30,295 nt of DNA from Thermodesulfobacteriota bacterium (GTDB lineage Bacteria; Desulfobacterota; Desulfobacteria; Desulfobacterales; SURF-7). This document shows positions 10,201-19,390 of the stretch, in pieces (position 1 is the stretch's first letter; each line of letters begins with the position of its first letter). Both the position numbers and the translations under genes were made by a program. The notes under the pieces were generated by a model that was not told the origin of the DNA, did no database searches, and saw only the letters and a program-made list of their open reading frames with translations. The DNA lies in assembly GCA_049320885.1 (NCBI GenBank), contig JBMORA010000006.1, forward strand, positions 1 to 30,295. Reading direction: 5' to 3'.

Positions 10201-13200
10201 TAATATTCGGGGGTGTTGATGACGGCGAACAGGATTTCTTCCACGTCATCGAACATCCGGTCGGCGAATTCCAGGGCTTTCCGGAAAAAACCGAAAACAT
10301 ACAGGGATTCCACTTTTGTCCGGTAGTAATTGTAGCACAGTCTTTGTTTGTCCTGGATGCTCGCTGAAAAATCCCGTTCATCAAAATCTTCGCTGCTGTA
10401 AGTATCCCAGCCATCGGTGCCGCCCTGATAGAGCAACAGCATCCGATGGAAGCATTCGATGGTGCCGATCGCCTCGAAATGCCTCGATTTTGACAGGATA
10501 TCCCTGTACCGGGATAAGGTTTGCAGAACGCTGGCAATGAGCTTTCCGGAGCGTGCCTGGATGTAGACCCATTGCGTCAATGCATTCGCGGTGAACAGCA
10601 GATCGCCGGTTTCGATGCCGCAGGTAATCGCTTTTTCAAGATACGTGATGGATATTTCGGCGGGCCTGCGCCAGTGATTGACCATGCCGGCGAAAATAAC
10701 GTAGGTCTTGGCCATGAACGGGAGATTGTTCATATCCTCGTTCAAGCGGACACCGATTTGCCCCATGGCAAAGGCGGTTTTGTAGTCGCCGATTTTCCCC
10801 GCCAGGATCGTGGCATAGGATTCGTAGATATAGGGTGAGATTTTGGCGTTACCGTGCTGTAATGAAAGACCGAGTATTTGTAATGTTACGAACGCCATCA
10901 GATTTTTATGGCGCCGGTCGCCGGAAAAATAGGCCGGTTGTATGATCCGCGCCAGAAGATCCATTAGCGCCAGGATTTCCGGATCGTTGACTTCCGGCAA
11001 CAACGGAACGTTGTCCAGGCCGACTTTTCGCAGTTGCCGGCGGCTTGAAAGAAAGGCCCTGATGATGGCCAGTCTGGATGGAAATTCCGGAATCCGGTAT
11101 TGGAACAGCAGCAGGGCCTTCAGGGCCAGCTCTATGGCTTCCGCGTACCGGTTCTGGTTGGTGAGCAGCAGAATCATGAGGCTGTAAACAGCCGCCTTGT
11201 CAATGCGTCGGGTCGTATTCCTCAGGATGGTTTGGAACAGGGCTTCCGCTGCCGCGAAATCGCCGGTCAGATATCGGCATTCCGCCAGGCCGATATGGGC
11301 TTCGAATGCAAGCGCATAGCTGTTGCGCCAGGACTCATCGGGCAGAAGCTGCACCGCCTGGTGGAAATATTCCTGGGCCGATTCATGGGCGGAGGTTTGT
11401 TTCGCGGCTCGAGCGGCCGTCAGATTGTAGTGGATCAGGTCGCTGCGCAGACCGTGATCCGATATCAGGTCAAGGCATTGGTTCAGGTGGTCGGTTACGG
11501 CAAAGAGATTCTCCTGCAACCCCGGTTGGGTCAGGCGCCGGCTCAGGTAGACGCCGATACCGTAGTGAAACTGTTTTTTTTCAGAAGGAGCCAGCAGGGA
11601 AATAACCGCCTCCCGAATCCGCTCGTGGATGAAGGTATAGCGGTCCTGATCGGCCAGAATAATCCGTTTTTTGACCGGATGATTGAGCTTTTCGAGCATC
11701 TCGTCGGGAGAGCTTCGGCAAACGGCGGACAGGGTCTCCAGATCGAAAACCGGGCCGATGCAGGCTGCAATTTTCAGGATGGCAACAGCATCGGGGTCCA
11801 ATCCGGTGAGGAGTTCGAGAAGGTATTCCACCACATTGTCCGTTATTCGCAATTGGTCGATCCGGTCGATATCCCAGACCCAGCCGCATGCGCCGGCATC
11901 TTGGGAGCGTTCTTCGGCTTTCCGGTTGAAGAGGATCAGTTTTTTTTCATACAGGCTCGATAGAAACTGTTTCAGGAAAAAGGGATTTCCGCTTGTCTTT
12001 TGATGAATGATATCCGGGAGACGTCCGGTCGCCAGCGGCTCGCACTGAAGCGTTTCCGCCACCAGGCGGCGGGTGGTTTCGATGTCCAGGGGTTCCAGTT
12101 CCATGGACTTCATGGGAATGCCGAAAGCCGCCAGGTCTTCCAGCCAGTCGGACAGCCGTGTCTGCTGAGCCGTTTCTTTGGCGCGAAACGCAATGGCCAC
12201 GAGGAGGTGGCGGATGGAGGGTTCTTGCAGCAGAAGGCGCAATAACTGCATGCTGTCCGGATCCGCCCATTGAAGATCGTCCAGGAAAAGAAAAAGCGGG
12301 TGCCGGCTGTCGGCAAAAACCCGGCATACGTTCAGGAACAGGAGTTTGAACCTGTTCCCCGCTTCCTCCTGATCCACCGGATATAGATCCGGTTGTTTGC
12401 CGATGATGATTTCGAACTCCGGTATCGCATCGGTGATGATTTTACCGTTCAACCCCACCGCCTGCTTCAGGGCGGATGTCATTTCCTGGAGACGCTCTTC
12501 GCTTTCGACCAGGATTCTGCGGACCAACTGTTGAAACGCCTGAATAAAAATTTGATACGGCTGATGCGTCTTGATCTGGTCGAACTTCCCGCAGGCGAAG
12601 TGCCCGCCGCGGCGATGAATTTCCTTGCTGAATTCATGCACCAGCGCGCTTTTCCCGATGCCGGCCGATCCTGAAACGATGAACAATTCCGTCGCGCCCC
12701 GGCTGACACGGTTGTAGGCGGACCGAAGTTCTCCGGTCTCCGCTTTCCGGCCGTAGATTTTCTGCGGGATGGTGAATGTCAGGATACGGTCGCGGGCTGC
12801 CGGAGTGAAGGCGGACGGCTCCTTCCCGCTTTGCAGGCGGTCGAGACATTCCTCCAGGTCGCATTTCAGGCCGTAACAGCTCTGATACCGGTCGCTGGGT
12901 TCCTTTGCCAGAAGTTTCATGACGATGTCGGAAAGCGATCCGGGGAACAGTGTGGACAAGGATGAAAGCGCGGGCGGCATGATCGCCATGTGGGCGTAAA
13001 AGAGTTCCAGGGGCTTTTCAAACATGAACAGCCTTTGGCCGCTAAACAATTCAAAGAGCAGGGCGCCGAGGGAATACAGATCCGTCCGGTGATCCACAAG
13101 CCGGTTCATCCTGCCGGTTTGTTCCGGGGAAATGTACGGCAGCAGGTGCCGAAGCACGGTGGGGTGGTATAAGTCGTCCCTGTCGTGGGCGAGCAGGTCC

Positions 13201-13652
13201 TCGATGCCGAAATTGGCCACCTTGACCGTTTTCAGGTCCGGCGAAATAAAAAAACTGCCGGGCCGGATGCCTTTGTGGATGATATCATTTTGATGTAATT
13301 CATGAATGATGGAAGCAAGCTGGATGGACAGGGCCAGGAGTCTTTCCAGGTTTGTTTCCGCCTGCCGGATAAACCGGTTCAGTAGAATGCCATCGAAATC
13401 TTCCCGAATAATGACGATTTTATCCCGGATGTCGATGACATCGAGGATTTTCAACACGCCGTTTTCCGGCAGGGACTGAATCCGGTTCAATTCATGGCGG
13501 AACACGACTCGTTCTGCGGGAGAGGACAATTTGGTGGACAGGATGGTGGGCACGACCCGTTTACCGCTGGGCTGATGAATGCCGCGACAGAGGGTAATCC
13601 CTGGGGAATGGTACATCTCCTCGGTAACGATGTAGTCTTTCACCGCTTCCAT
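7224..13652 (-). CDS. Multidomain Ser/Thr kinase-like / AAA ATPase / GAF / 2xPAS / histidine kinase / receiver protein
   Basis: LPYISPEQTGRMNR...DLYSLG; Walker A GSAGIGKS; Walker B FLFLDD; GAF SVLCLPI...LFYLEN; H-box GGIAHDFNNLL; FDPYFTTK/GTGLGL; receiver IMDDD...IMDLTIPG...AKP. Confidence 0.93.
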   Translation of the reverse strand: MEAVKDYIVTEEMYHSPGITLCRGIHQPSGKRVVPTILSTKLSSPAERVVFRHELNRIQSLPENGVLKILDVIDIRDKIVIIREDFDGILLNRFIRQAETNLERLLALSIQLASIIHELHQNDIIHKGIRPGSFFISPDLKTVKVANFGIEDLLAHDRDDLYHPTVLRHLLPYISPEQTGRMNRLVDHRTDLYSLGALLFELFSGQRLFMFEKPLELFYAHMAIMPPALSSLSTLFPGSLSDIVMKLLAKEPSDRYQSCYGLKCDLEECLDRLQSGKEPSAFTPAARDRILTFTIPQKIYGRKAETGELRSAYNRVSRGATELFIVSGSAGIGKSALVHEFSKEIHRRGGHFACGKFDQIKTHQPYQIFIQAFQQLVRRILVESEERLQEMTSALKQAVGLNGKIITDAIPEFEIIIGKQPDLYPVDQEEAGNRFKLLFLNVCRVFADSRHPLFLFLDDLQWADPDSMQLLRLLLQEPSIRHLLVAIAFRAKETAQQTRLSDWLEDLAAFGIPMKSMELEPLDIETTRRLVAETLQCEPLATGRLPDIIHQKTSGNPFFLKQFLSSLYEKKLILFNRKAEERSQDAGACGWVWDIDRIDQLRITDNVVEYLLELLTGLDPDAVAILKIAACIGPVFDLETLSAVCRSSPDEMLEKLNHPVKKRIILADQDRYTFIHERIREAVISLLAPSEKKQFHYGIGVYLSRRLTQPGLQENLFAVTDHLNQCLDLISDHGLRSDLIHYNLTAARAAKQTSAHESAQEYFHQAVQLLPDESWRNSYALAFEAHIGLAECRYLTGDFAAAEALFQTILRNTTRRIDKAAVYSLMILLLTNQNRYAEAIELALKALLLFQYRIPEFPSRLAIIRAFLSSRRQLRKVGLDNVPLLPEVNDPEILALMDLLARIIQPAYFSGDRRHKNLMAFVTLQILGLSLQHGNAKISPYIYESYATILAGKIGDYKTAFAMGQIGVRLNEDMNNLPFMAKTYVIFAGMVNHWRRPAEISITYLEKAITCGIETGDLLFTANALTQWVYIQARSGKLIASVLQTLSRYRDILSKSRHFEAIGTIECFHRMLLLYQGGTDGWDTYSSEDFDERDFSASIQDKQRLCYNYYRTKVESLYVFGFFRKALEFADRMFDDVEEILFAVINTPEYYFYHGLTITALYSSLGPDLQKKYRRRLGKITGKFRKWAAEGPDNYQHQYSLLRAEILKIRERNLEAVAWYRRAIQQAHEKGYLNHEAVACECAARFYEQQVGDPSAAAAYTGQALFCYRAWGAAAKCEQIQQTGHEGMRYSPVASQPTAMAGEPLDIDSIFRFTEVISSEIQLNDLLEKLIKIVLENAGANRGLLLLLDGKELFLEAEAWGDRDEVVLHSSLPISQYSEMPHTIIQYARRTAQTVVTSSARNDLFAGDSYLTRHSILSVLCLPIVKQQQLKGLFYLENTLMTDAFPMDRVKVVQLLSTHAATALENALLFETKHKAEMAISTQYEEIQRQYTKMESINQTLRRTQAELLEANKYLSIFKMFADETGQGFGMADLEGNLTYVNRSLCRLIGHDAPEQAYGSKIFEYHPVEIAEKMKTLILPEVHAKGQWIGESVLLSRRGEQIPIIQNLFRIPDLNGKFTHLASVMTDITDRKNAEKALRESEARHRILVDTMNEGLCVLDLEGTLLYVNKALCDMTQYNHAEIIGRSFAVFMDAANAGTARDQLEARKKGLRKKYELEILRKDGQKIQTIVSPQPIYGDTGELIGSFGIVTDITDKKRMETELLKASKLESLGVFAGGIAHDFNNLLTAILGKISISKLKLQEGDELLPILTDAEKASVRAKNLTHQLLTFSKGGEPLKKVISIIDILRETADFVLSGSNVSCEYRIDENIANIEADPGQISQVIHNLVINARQSMPEGGVIHIQASNAGPRDRNLVPLSETEYVHIRIIDQGGGIRPKELDKIFDPYFTTKSTGTGLGLSISYSIIKKHGGHILASSEVGRGSAFDIYLPATGKPLSSEQGAAEEIVAGSARILIMDDDDVILDVASEMLLILGHTVDKAHDGEEALARFGEALTRERPYDLLIMDLTIPGKMGGREAIGRIRQLDPHVKAVVSSGYSNDPIMANYRQYGFNAVLAKPYLFEEVKRILGFLLSGKETPANG

Positions 13653-13891
13653 GATTGCCTGGAGCCCTTGATTGTCCTGACGAACGGGTTGTGGGAATGG
13701 TTTCTTTGATCCATCTGACCGGTATGAAAAACAATAACAAAATTATATCTCTTTTCGGGGTGGCTGTCCATGAGTAAATGGCGGTCTGAAGGTCCATATA
13801 TTCAACACAGGTATACCCGCCGGCCGGGAATCGTTCGTGATCGGCGGGCGGACAGGGCTTCTATATATAATATGCTGTATTTATGTGTTTA

Positions 13892-13920
13892 TTGACATTC
13901 GGAAACGGATTCTTTATAGT
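13892..13920 (+). promoter_or_regulatory. Sigma70-type promoter for the Cache hybrid kinase
   Basis: TTGACA (13892-13897), 17-bp spacer, TATAGT (13915-13920), with AT-rich sequence upstream. Confidence 0.7.
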
Positions 13921-14044
13921 GATCCCGGCATCATTCGGCGACATTCCGATTCATCCGACATCCGTTCGGGATCGGGTTCGCACCGCGACTTCCATCGACC
14001 CGTCATCATCACCAAGGGTTTTGCCTGCAAAAGAGGATTCCATT

Positions 14045-17000
14045 ATGCGCAAACGCCCCATGACCATTTCCCAGACGTTTCTCCTGAACATGCTGCTGAC
14101 CGTGACGGCGGCGATTCTGCTGACGGGATATTTGTGGATTCGTTCGGAATTGCGTGTTCATGACGCCGAAAAGGGCCGAATTTTGGCGGAATATAAGGAG
14201 CAGCAACGGCTATTGCTGAAAAACGAGGTTGATCGGGCCATCGGATACATTCAATTCAAGAAATCCCAAACCGAGGATCGGCTCAGGGCCGATATCCGTG
14301 ACCGCGTTTACGAAGCCCACGCCATTGCCGCGCATCTGGTTGAAATCAAGAAAGCAACGGTTCCGGCATCGGAAATCCGGCTGCTCATCAAGGAAACCCT
14401 CCGACCCATCCGGTTCAACAATGGCCGGGGGTATTTTTTCGCCACGGCGTTTGACGGCGTCGAAGAGCTGTTCGCCGATCATCCGGAGCTGGAAGGCCAA
14501 AACCTCATGACCATGCAGGATGCGGAAGGCAGACATGTCATCCGTGACATGATCGACATCGCCCGCAATCAGGGCGAAGGGTTTTATCGCTATGCCTGGA
14601 GCAAGCCGGAAGCACCCGGGAGAAACTACCCGAAAGTTGCCTTTATCAAACGTTTCGAACCCTTTGACTGGTTCATCGGCACCGGGGAATATCTGGATGA
14701 CGTGGAGCGGGATATGCAGCAGGAAGCCCTTGCCTGGATCGAGCGCATTCGATTCGGCAAGGACGGATACATATTCGCCGGGACCTTCGGGGGGGTGAGT
14801 CTGTCGGGACCCGCCAAAGGTCAAAACATGCTGGAAATCACAGACGAGCATGGGGTCAAGATCGTCCGGGAACTGATTCGGGCCGCGAAGGCGGGGGGTG
14901 GGTACGTCACCTATGTCATTCCCAAATTCGGACGTCAGGGGAAAAGCGCTCCCAAAATCAGTTATGCCGCCAGCATCCGGGAGTGGGGATGGTATGTGGG
15001 GGCGGGTGTTTTTGTGGATGAGATCGAAACGGTCCTCGCGCGGAAAGAGGCGGAGCTGAACACCCTCATTCAAAGGCATATCCTGTATATCCTGGTGGTG
15101 CTGACGGGAATCCTGCTGGTCATTTTCCTGATCGTCCGGTTCTTAACCAGCCGGATCAAAAACAACCTCGATGCCTTTGGGAATTTCTTTGCCCGGGCTT
15201 CCAGCGACTTGAAAAAAATCGACTCGTCCGAAATCCATTTTCCGGAGTTCGCTACGCTGGCCGAGGCCGCCAACCAGATGGTCGATGCCCGGAGAAAGGC
15301 GGAAGACGCCTTGCGGAGTCGGGAATTTCAGCTGCGGACGATCTTCACGGCCGCTGAAGACATCGCTTTCATCACCGCCGATGTCCGGGAATCGGGCGGT
15401 TTCATCCTTGAATTCAGTCCGGGAGCGGAAAAGATCTTCGGCTACGAGCGTTCGGAAATGGTGGGAGAGCCGGTGGCGAGCCTGCAACTGCCGGAAGATT
15501 TCCGGCAACGCCTGGAAAGCATTTCGGGTCCGGGAAGCGGAAGAGCCGGTTTCGCCGGGGAGACCGTTTTAACGCGCAAGAACGGAGAAAGATTTCCGGC
15601 GCTTTTTTCCGTCTATCCGCTCGTTGATCCGGATGGCCGTGTATACGCCGTATTGGGTGTCGGTATCGACATGACGGAACGGAAGCGCATGGAGCAGGAG
15701 CGGGGACGGCTCGAGGCCGTCGTGGAGCAGGCGGCGGAGCTGATCATCATCACGGATGAAAACGGCATTATTCTGTATGTCAATCCGGCATTTGAAAAGG
15801 CCACCGGATATCAGCGCCCGGAGGTCATCGGTAAAAATCCCCGGTTCCTGAAAAGCGGCAAGCATGCCAGGGAATTTTATGAAAACCTGTGGTCCGAAAT
15901 ATCCAGCGGCCGGGTCTGGAAAGGGCATCTGATCAACCGGAAAAAAGACGGTTCCATATTCGAGGAGGAAGCCACGATCACGCCCATCAAGGATCAGTCC
16001 GGACGCATCATCAACTATGTGGGCATCAAGCGGGATGTCACCAAGGAAATTCAGTTGGAGCGGCAATTGCTTCAAACCCAGAAAATGGAGGCCATCGGCA
16101 CCCTGGCCGGCGGTATCGCCCATGACTTCAACAATATTTTATCGGCCATTATCGGCTATACGGAAATCGCCCTCCAGGATGTCACGGAGAATCCAGCCAT
16201 CAGCGGGTACCTCCAGAAGGTCCTGCAGGCGGGGAATCGCGCCAGGGATCTGGTTCAACAGATTCTGACCTTCAGCCGGCAGAGCGAGATGGAGATCCGG
16301 CCGGTCAAGATCAGGATTGTCGTCAAGGAAGCCCTCAAACTGCTGCGGGCCTCCCTTCCGGCGACCATCGAACTGAAACAGGACCTGTCAACTGATACGG
16401 CGGTCCTGGCGGATCCGACCCAGATCCATCAGATTGTCATGAATTTATGCACCAACGCCGCCCATGCCATGCGTCAACAGGGAGGCGTCCTCACGGTCCG
16501 GCTCACGGATATGGCCGTGGATGCGGCTTCCGCCATTGATCTCGGAGATCTGACCGCCGGCTTTTTTGTCAAACTGTCCGTCGGCGATACCGGCCACGGG
16601 ATCCCGCCCGAGATAGCGGACCGGATTTTCGATCCGTTTTTCACCACCAAAAGCAAGAACGAAGGAACGGGCATGGGGTTGTCCGTGGTGCATGGCATTG
16701 TCAACCGTCTGGGAGGGACCATTCGCGTGGAGAGCCAACCCGGCTCTGGAACATGGTTTGACATCTGGATCCCCGGCATTGAAACCCAGGCGGCCGAGAT
16801 TGCCACGGTCATCAGCTCCCTGCCGCGAGGGAACGAACGGATTCTGTTGATCGATGATGAAGAGTTTCAGGCGGACATCGGCAAAAATCTGCTGGAACGC
16901 CTGGGGTATCGGGTGGTGGTCCGCATGAGCAGTATCGAGGCCCTGGAGCTGTTCCGCAGCAAACCGGATGAATTCGACCTGGTGTTCACGGATATGACCA

Positions 17001-17212
17001 TGCCCCAGATGACCGGCGATCAACTGGCCCAGCGGATGATCGCCATCCGGCCCGACATACCGATCATTCTGTGCACCGGGTATAGCGAGAACATGTCGGA
17101 AGAGCGAGCGAAAAATATCGGCATCAAGGGATTCGCCTTCAAGCCGGTGGTGCTGGAAAAGATGGCGGGGATGATCCGCGAAGTGCTGGACGGGCGGTCG
17201 ACATTTGGATAG
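14045..17212 (+). CDS. Membrane hybrid sensor histidine kinase: TM, two Cache domains, TM, 2xPAS, HisKA, HATPase, receiver
   Basis: Cache motifs IRFNNGRGYFF / WFIGTGEYLDD and IRFGKDGYIF / WYVGAGVFVDE; GGIAHDFNNIL; FDPFFTTK, GTGMGL; LIDDE...TDMTMP...FKP. ATG at 14045 follows AAGAGG. Confidence 0.93.
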   Translation: MRKRPMTISQTFLLNMLLTVTAAILLTGYLWIRSELRVHDAEKGRILAEYKEQQRLLLKNEVDRAIGYIQFKKSQTEDRLRADIRDRVYEAHAIAAHLVEIKKATVPASEIRLLIKETLRPIRFNNGRGYFFATAFDGVEELFADHPELEGQNLMTMQDAEGRHVIRDMIDIARNQGEGFYRYAWSKPEAPGRNYPKVAFIKRFEPFDWFIGTGEYLDDVERDMQQEALAWIERIRFGKDGYIFAGTFGGVSLSGPAKGQNMLEITDEHGVKIVRELIRAAKAGGGYVTYVIPKFGRQGKSAPKISYAASIREWGWYVGAGVFVDEIETVLARKEAELNTLIQRHILYILVVLTGILLVIFLIVRFLTSRIKNNLDAFGNFFARASSDLKKIDSSEIHFPEFATLAEAANQMVDARRKAEDALRSREFQLRTIFTAAEDIAFITADVRESGGFILEFSPGAEKIFGYERSEMVGEPVASLQLPEDFRQRLESISGPGSGRAGFAGETVLTRKNGERFPALFSVYPLVDPDGRVYAVLGVGIDMTERKRMEQERGRLEAVVEQAAELIIITDENGIILYVNPAFEKATGYQRPEVIGKNPRFLKSGKHAREFYENLWSEISSGRVWKGHLINRKKDGSIFEEEATITPIKDQSGRIINYVGIKRDVTKEIQLERQLLQTQKMEAIGTLAGGIAHDFNNILSAIIGYTEIALQDVTENPAISGYLQKVLQAGNRARDLVQQILTFSRQSEMEIRPVKIRIVVKEALKLLRASLPATIELKQDLSTDTAVLADPTQIHQIVMNLCTNAAHAMRQQGGVLTVRLTDMAVDAASAIDLGDLTAGFFVKLSVGDTGHGIPPEIADRIFDPFFTTKSKNEGTGMGLSVVHGIVNRLGGTIRVESQPGSGTWFDIWIPGIETQAAEIATVISSLPRGNERILLIDDEEFQADIGKNLLERLGYRVVVRMSSIEALELFRSKPDEFDLVFTDMTMPQMTGDQLAQRMIAIRPDIPIILCTGYSENMSEERAKNIGIKGFAFKPVVLEKMAGMIREVLDGRSTFG

Positions 17213-17343
17213 TTCTTCCGTTTGCAAAACAGTCATGGGTGGGCCGCTCCCGCTGTTATTCCGAAAATCACAATGAATCCAGTTTTTTGAGTTGCTGGAC
17301 CTGGTCGCGCTGTGGCGTTGCAGAGCAACTCAACGATTTTTTC

Positions 17344-17370
17344 TTGACAAGGAGGTTTGTATTTTATAAT
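17344..17370 (+). promoter_or_regulatory. Putative sigma70 promoter of the tetR gene
   Basis: TTGACA (17344-17349) and TATAAT (17365-17370). The spacer is only 15 bp, which is sub-optimal. Confidence 0.5.
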
Positions 17371-17373
17371 TAT

Positions 17374-17393
17374 CGGACTGAACGTTCATTCCG
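17374..17393. promoter_or_regulatory. Palindromic operator 1, probable TetR site
   Basis: CGGACTGAACGTTCATTCCG is a near-perfect palindrome just downstream of the -10 and matches operator 2. Confidence 0.75.
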
Positions 17394-17441
17394 CATGGTT
17401 GGGTGGACGGATTGAATCGGTTTTTTTCGGGCGGGGTGTTT

Positions 17442-17999
17442 TTGGATAAGCGGGAAGACATATTGCAGGCGGCGCTGACGCTGTTTGCGGAACGGGGCTA
17501 TCACGGCACGGCCGTGGCGCTGATCGCCGAGAAGGCCCAGGTGGGCAGCGGGACCATTTACCGTTATTTCCGGGACAAGGAGCAGCTGGTCAATGAGCTC
17601 TACCGGTTCTGGAAAACGGAGATGGTCAAAGCCGTACGGGAAGATCTGCCAGAAAACCTGCCGTTGCGCACCTTGTTTCATGAGACCTGGATCCGGTGGG
17701 TGGAATTCGCCATGCGGCACCGCGAGGCCTACACGTTTCTGATCGCCCATCATCATGCCCCCTATCTGGATCAGGCCAGCGTGGCCATGAGTGAACAACT
17801 CCATAACGAATACTTGGCTTTTTTTGAAATCGGACGCCGGCAAGAGATCATCAAGGATGTGGAACCGCAATTGATCATGGCCATCGTGACGGGAATTTTT
17901 TCGGAAATGCTTCGGGAATACTGGGCCGGGCATCTGAAGCTCACGCCGGAAATCATCGTCCAGGCGGAAGAGGCCTGTTGGCACGCCATCCGGCGATAG
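17442..17999 (+). CDS. TetR/AcrR family transcriptional regulator
   Basis: KREDILQAALTLFAERGYHGTAVALIAEKAQVGSGTIYRYFRDKEQL HTH. Start is uncertain (TTG 17442, GTG 17436 or GTG 17403). Confidence 0.93.
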   Translation: MDKREDILQAALTLFAERGYHGTAVALIAEKAQVGSGTIYRYFRDKEQLVNELYRFWKTEMVKAVREDLPENLPLRTLFHETWIRWVEFAMRHREAYTFLIAHHHAPYLDQASVAMSEQLHNEYLAFFEIGRRQEIIKDVEPQLIMAIVTGIFSEMLREYWAGHLKLTPEIIVQAEEACWHAIRR

Positions 18000-18026
18000 G
18001 TGGTGTGTTTTTTTATCCAAGGATAC

Positions 18027-18044
18027 GGAATGAATATTCATTCC
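18027..18044. promoter_or_regulatory. Palindromic operator 2, probable TetR site
   Basis: Perfect 18-bp palindrome GGAATGAATATTCATTCC, 20 bp upstream of the next ATG. Confidence 0.78.
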
Positions 18045-18064
18045 TAATGCTGTGAGAGGAATTC

Positions 18065-19060
18065 ATGAAGACGCGAAGACATTTTTTAAAACTCGGTATG
18101 TTCAGCGCCGTTTGCGCCGGCCTGCCGCCGGGGTGCATCTGGCATCCCACCCATCATGTGGCGGCGCGGCCGCCGGGGTCCATGAAACGCGCTTTGGTGC
18201 TGTGGTTCAGTCAGACCGGCAACACCCAGCGGATCGGCCGCCTGCTTTCGGCGGTGTGGAGAAAACAGGGAGTCGCGGTCACCGAGGCCGAGATCCGGCA
18301 ATTCGATCCCCGGCATGCGGCGGGGTATGATCTGATCGCCATGGGCTGCCCGGTAAATCACTATGATGCCCCCGGTTTTGTGAAAACCTGGCTGGAAAAC
18401 CTGCCCCCGCTCCAGGGCATACCGGTGGCGGCGTTCGTGACCCATGGATTGCCGCCCAGCAATCAGCACAATACCGGTTGTGCGGTGCTGGAGATCATGG
18501 CCGCAAAAGGCGGCCTGCCGGTGGGGCTGGGCACCTTCGGCAATCTTGGAACCTATCCGCCCTTCTGGGCCTTTTTCCCGGAAGATGTCCTGAAAACCGC
18601 CGGTTTTCCCAATGAGGCCACCTATGACCAGGCGCGCCGATTCGCCATGGACCTGATCACGAGGGTCAATGCGGGCGAAGGGTTCGAGTTCAGCCGGGAG
18701 GTGAGCTTCGGCGATGTCAAGAAGAACCTGGCCCCCATCTGGTTCAGCAAACTCATCACCGACGAGCACCGCATCGATCCGGACCGCTGCCAACACTGCG
18801 GCGTCTGCCGGGAAGTCTGCCCCACCGGCGCCATCGATCCGGAAAAAGGAACCGTGGACAAGGGGAACTGCGTGGACTGCATGGGGTGTATCAACAACTG
18901 CCCGGCCCGGGCCGTGCGCATGGTGTACTGGGGCAAGGAGCTGGTGGGGTATCCGGATTTTTTACGTCAGCAAGGTATTGTCGTAAAAGAGCCGGAAGAA
19001 ATCACCGCAGCAGAAGGTGAAAAGGGGACTGCTGTTTTTGACAGAAAAAAAGAACGATAG
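18065..19060 (+). CDS. Flavodoxin-fold plus 2x[4Fe-4S] ferredoxin protein (EFR1-like) with twin-arginine signal
   Basis: MKTRRHFLK signal; WFSQTGNT flavodoxin loop; CQHCGVCREVCP and CVDCMGCINNCP. Confidence 0.85.
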   Translation: MKTRRHFLKLGMFSAVCAGLPPGCIWHPTHHVAARPPGSMKRALVLWFSQTGNTQRIGRLLSAVWRKQGVAVTEAEIRQFDPRHAAGYDLIAMGCPVNHYDAPGFVKTWLENLPPLQGIPVAAFVTHGLPPSNQHNTGCAVLEIMAAKGGLPVGLGTFGNLGTYPPFWAFFPEDVLKTAGFPNEATYDQARRFAMDLITRVNAGEGFEFSREVSFGDVKKNLAPIWFSKLITDEHRIDPDRCQHCGVCREVCPTGAIDPEKGTVDKGNCVDCMGCINNCPARAVRMVYWGKELVGYPDFLRQQGIVVKEPEEITAAEGEKGTAVFDRKKER

Positions 19061-19068
19061 GAACAACC

Positions 19069-19390
19069 ATGTTGAAGTTCTATGCCACGCAAGGTCAAAT
19101 TCCGAAAAGGGGAGAGATCTGGATGCCGGTGGGCGGGAAAAGACACCTGATGATGCTGCACCTGTTCGATATCGAGAAAGTCCGAAAATTTGTTCCCCAT
19201 GGGTTGGATATCGTCGCCTGCTGGCCGGGGAAAACCATCGGCAGCACGTTTTTCGGATGATGCCAAACATCTCGGGTTCGGTCAGCCGATAGTTACGCTT
19301 TCCGGAAAGAACATGCGGGGCTTCATGGCCGAGATCACCCAGGTGGCCGCCTTTATTGTAAAGCCGGTGGATAACGAGATGGCGGCCTGA
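19069..19390 (+). pseudogene. Internally deleted, frameshifted remnant of an acetoacetate-decarboxylase-like gene
   Basis: N-terminal part ...LHLFDIEKVRKFVPHGLDIVACWPGKTIGSTFF stops at 19260. A C-terminal-like part HLGFGQPIVTLSGKNMRGFM... lies in another frame and ends at TGA 19388-19390, overlapping the next ATG. Confidence 0.55.
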
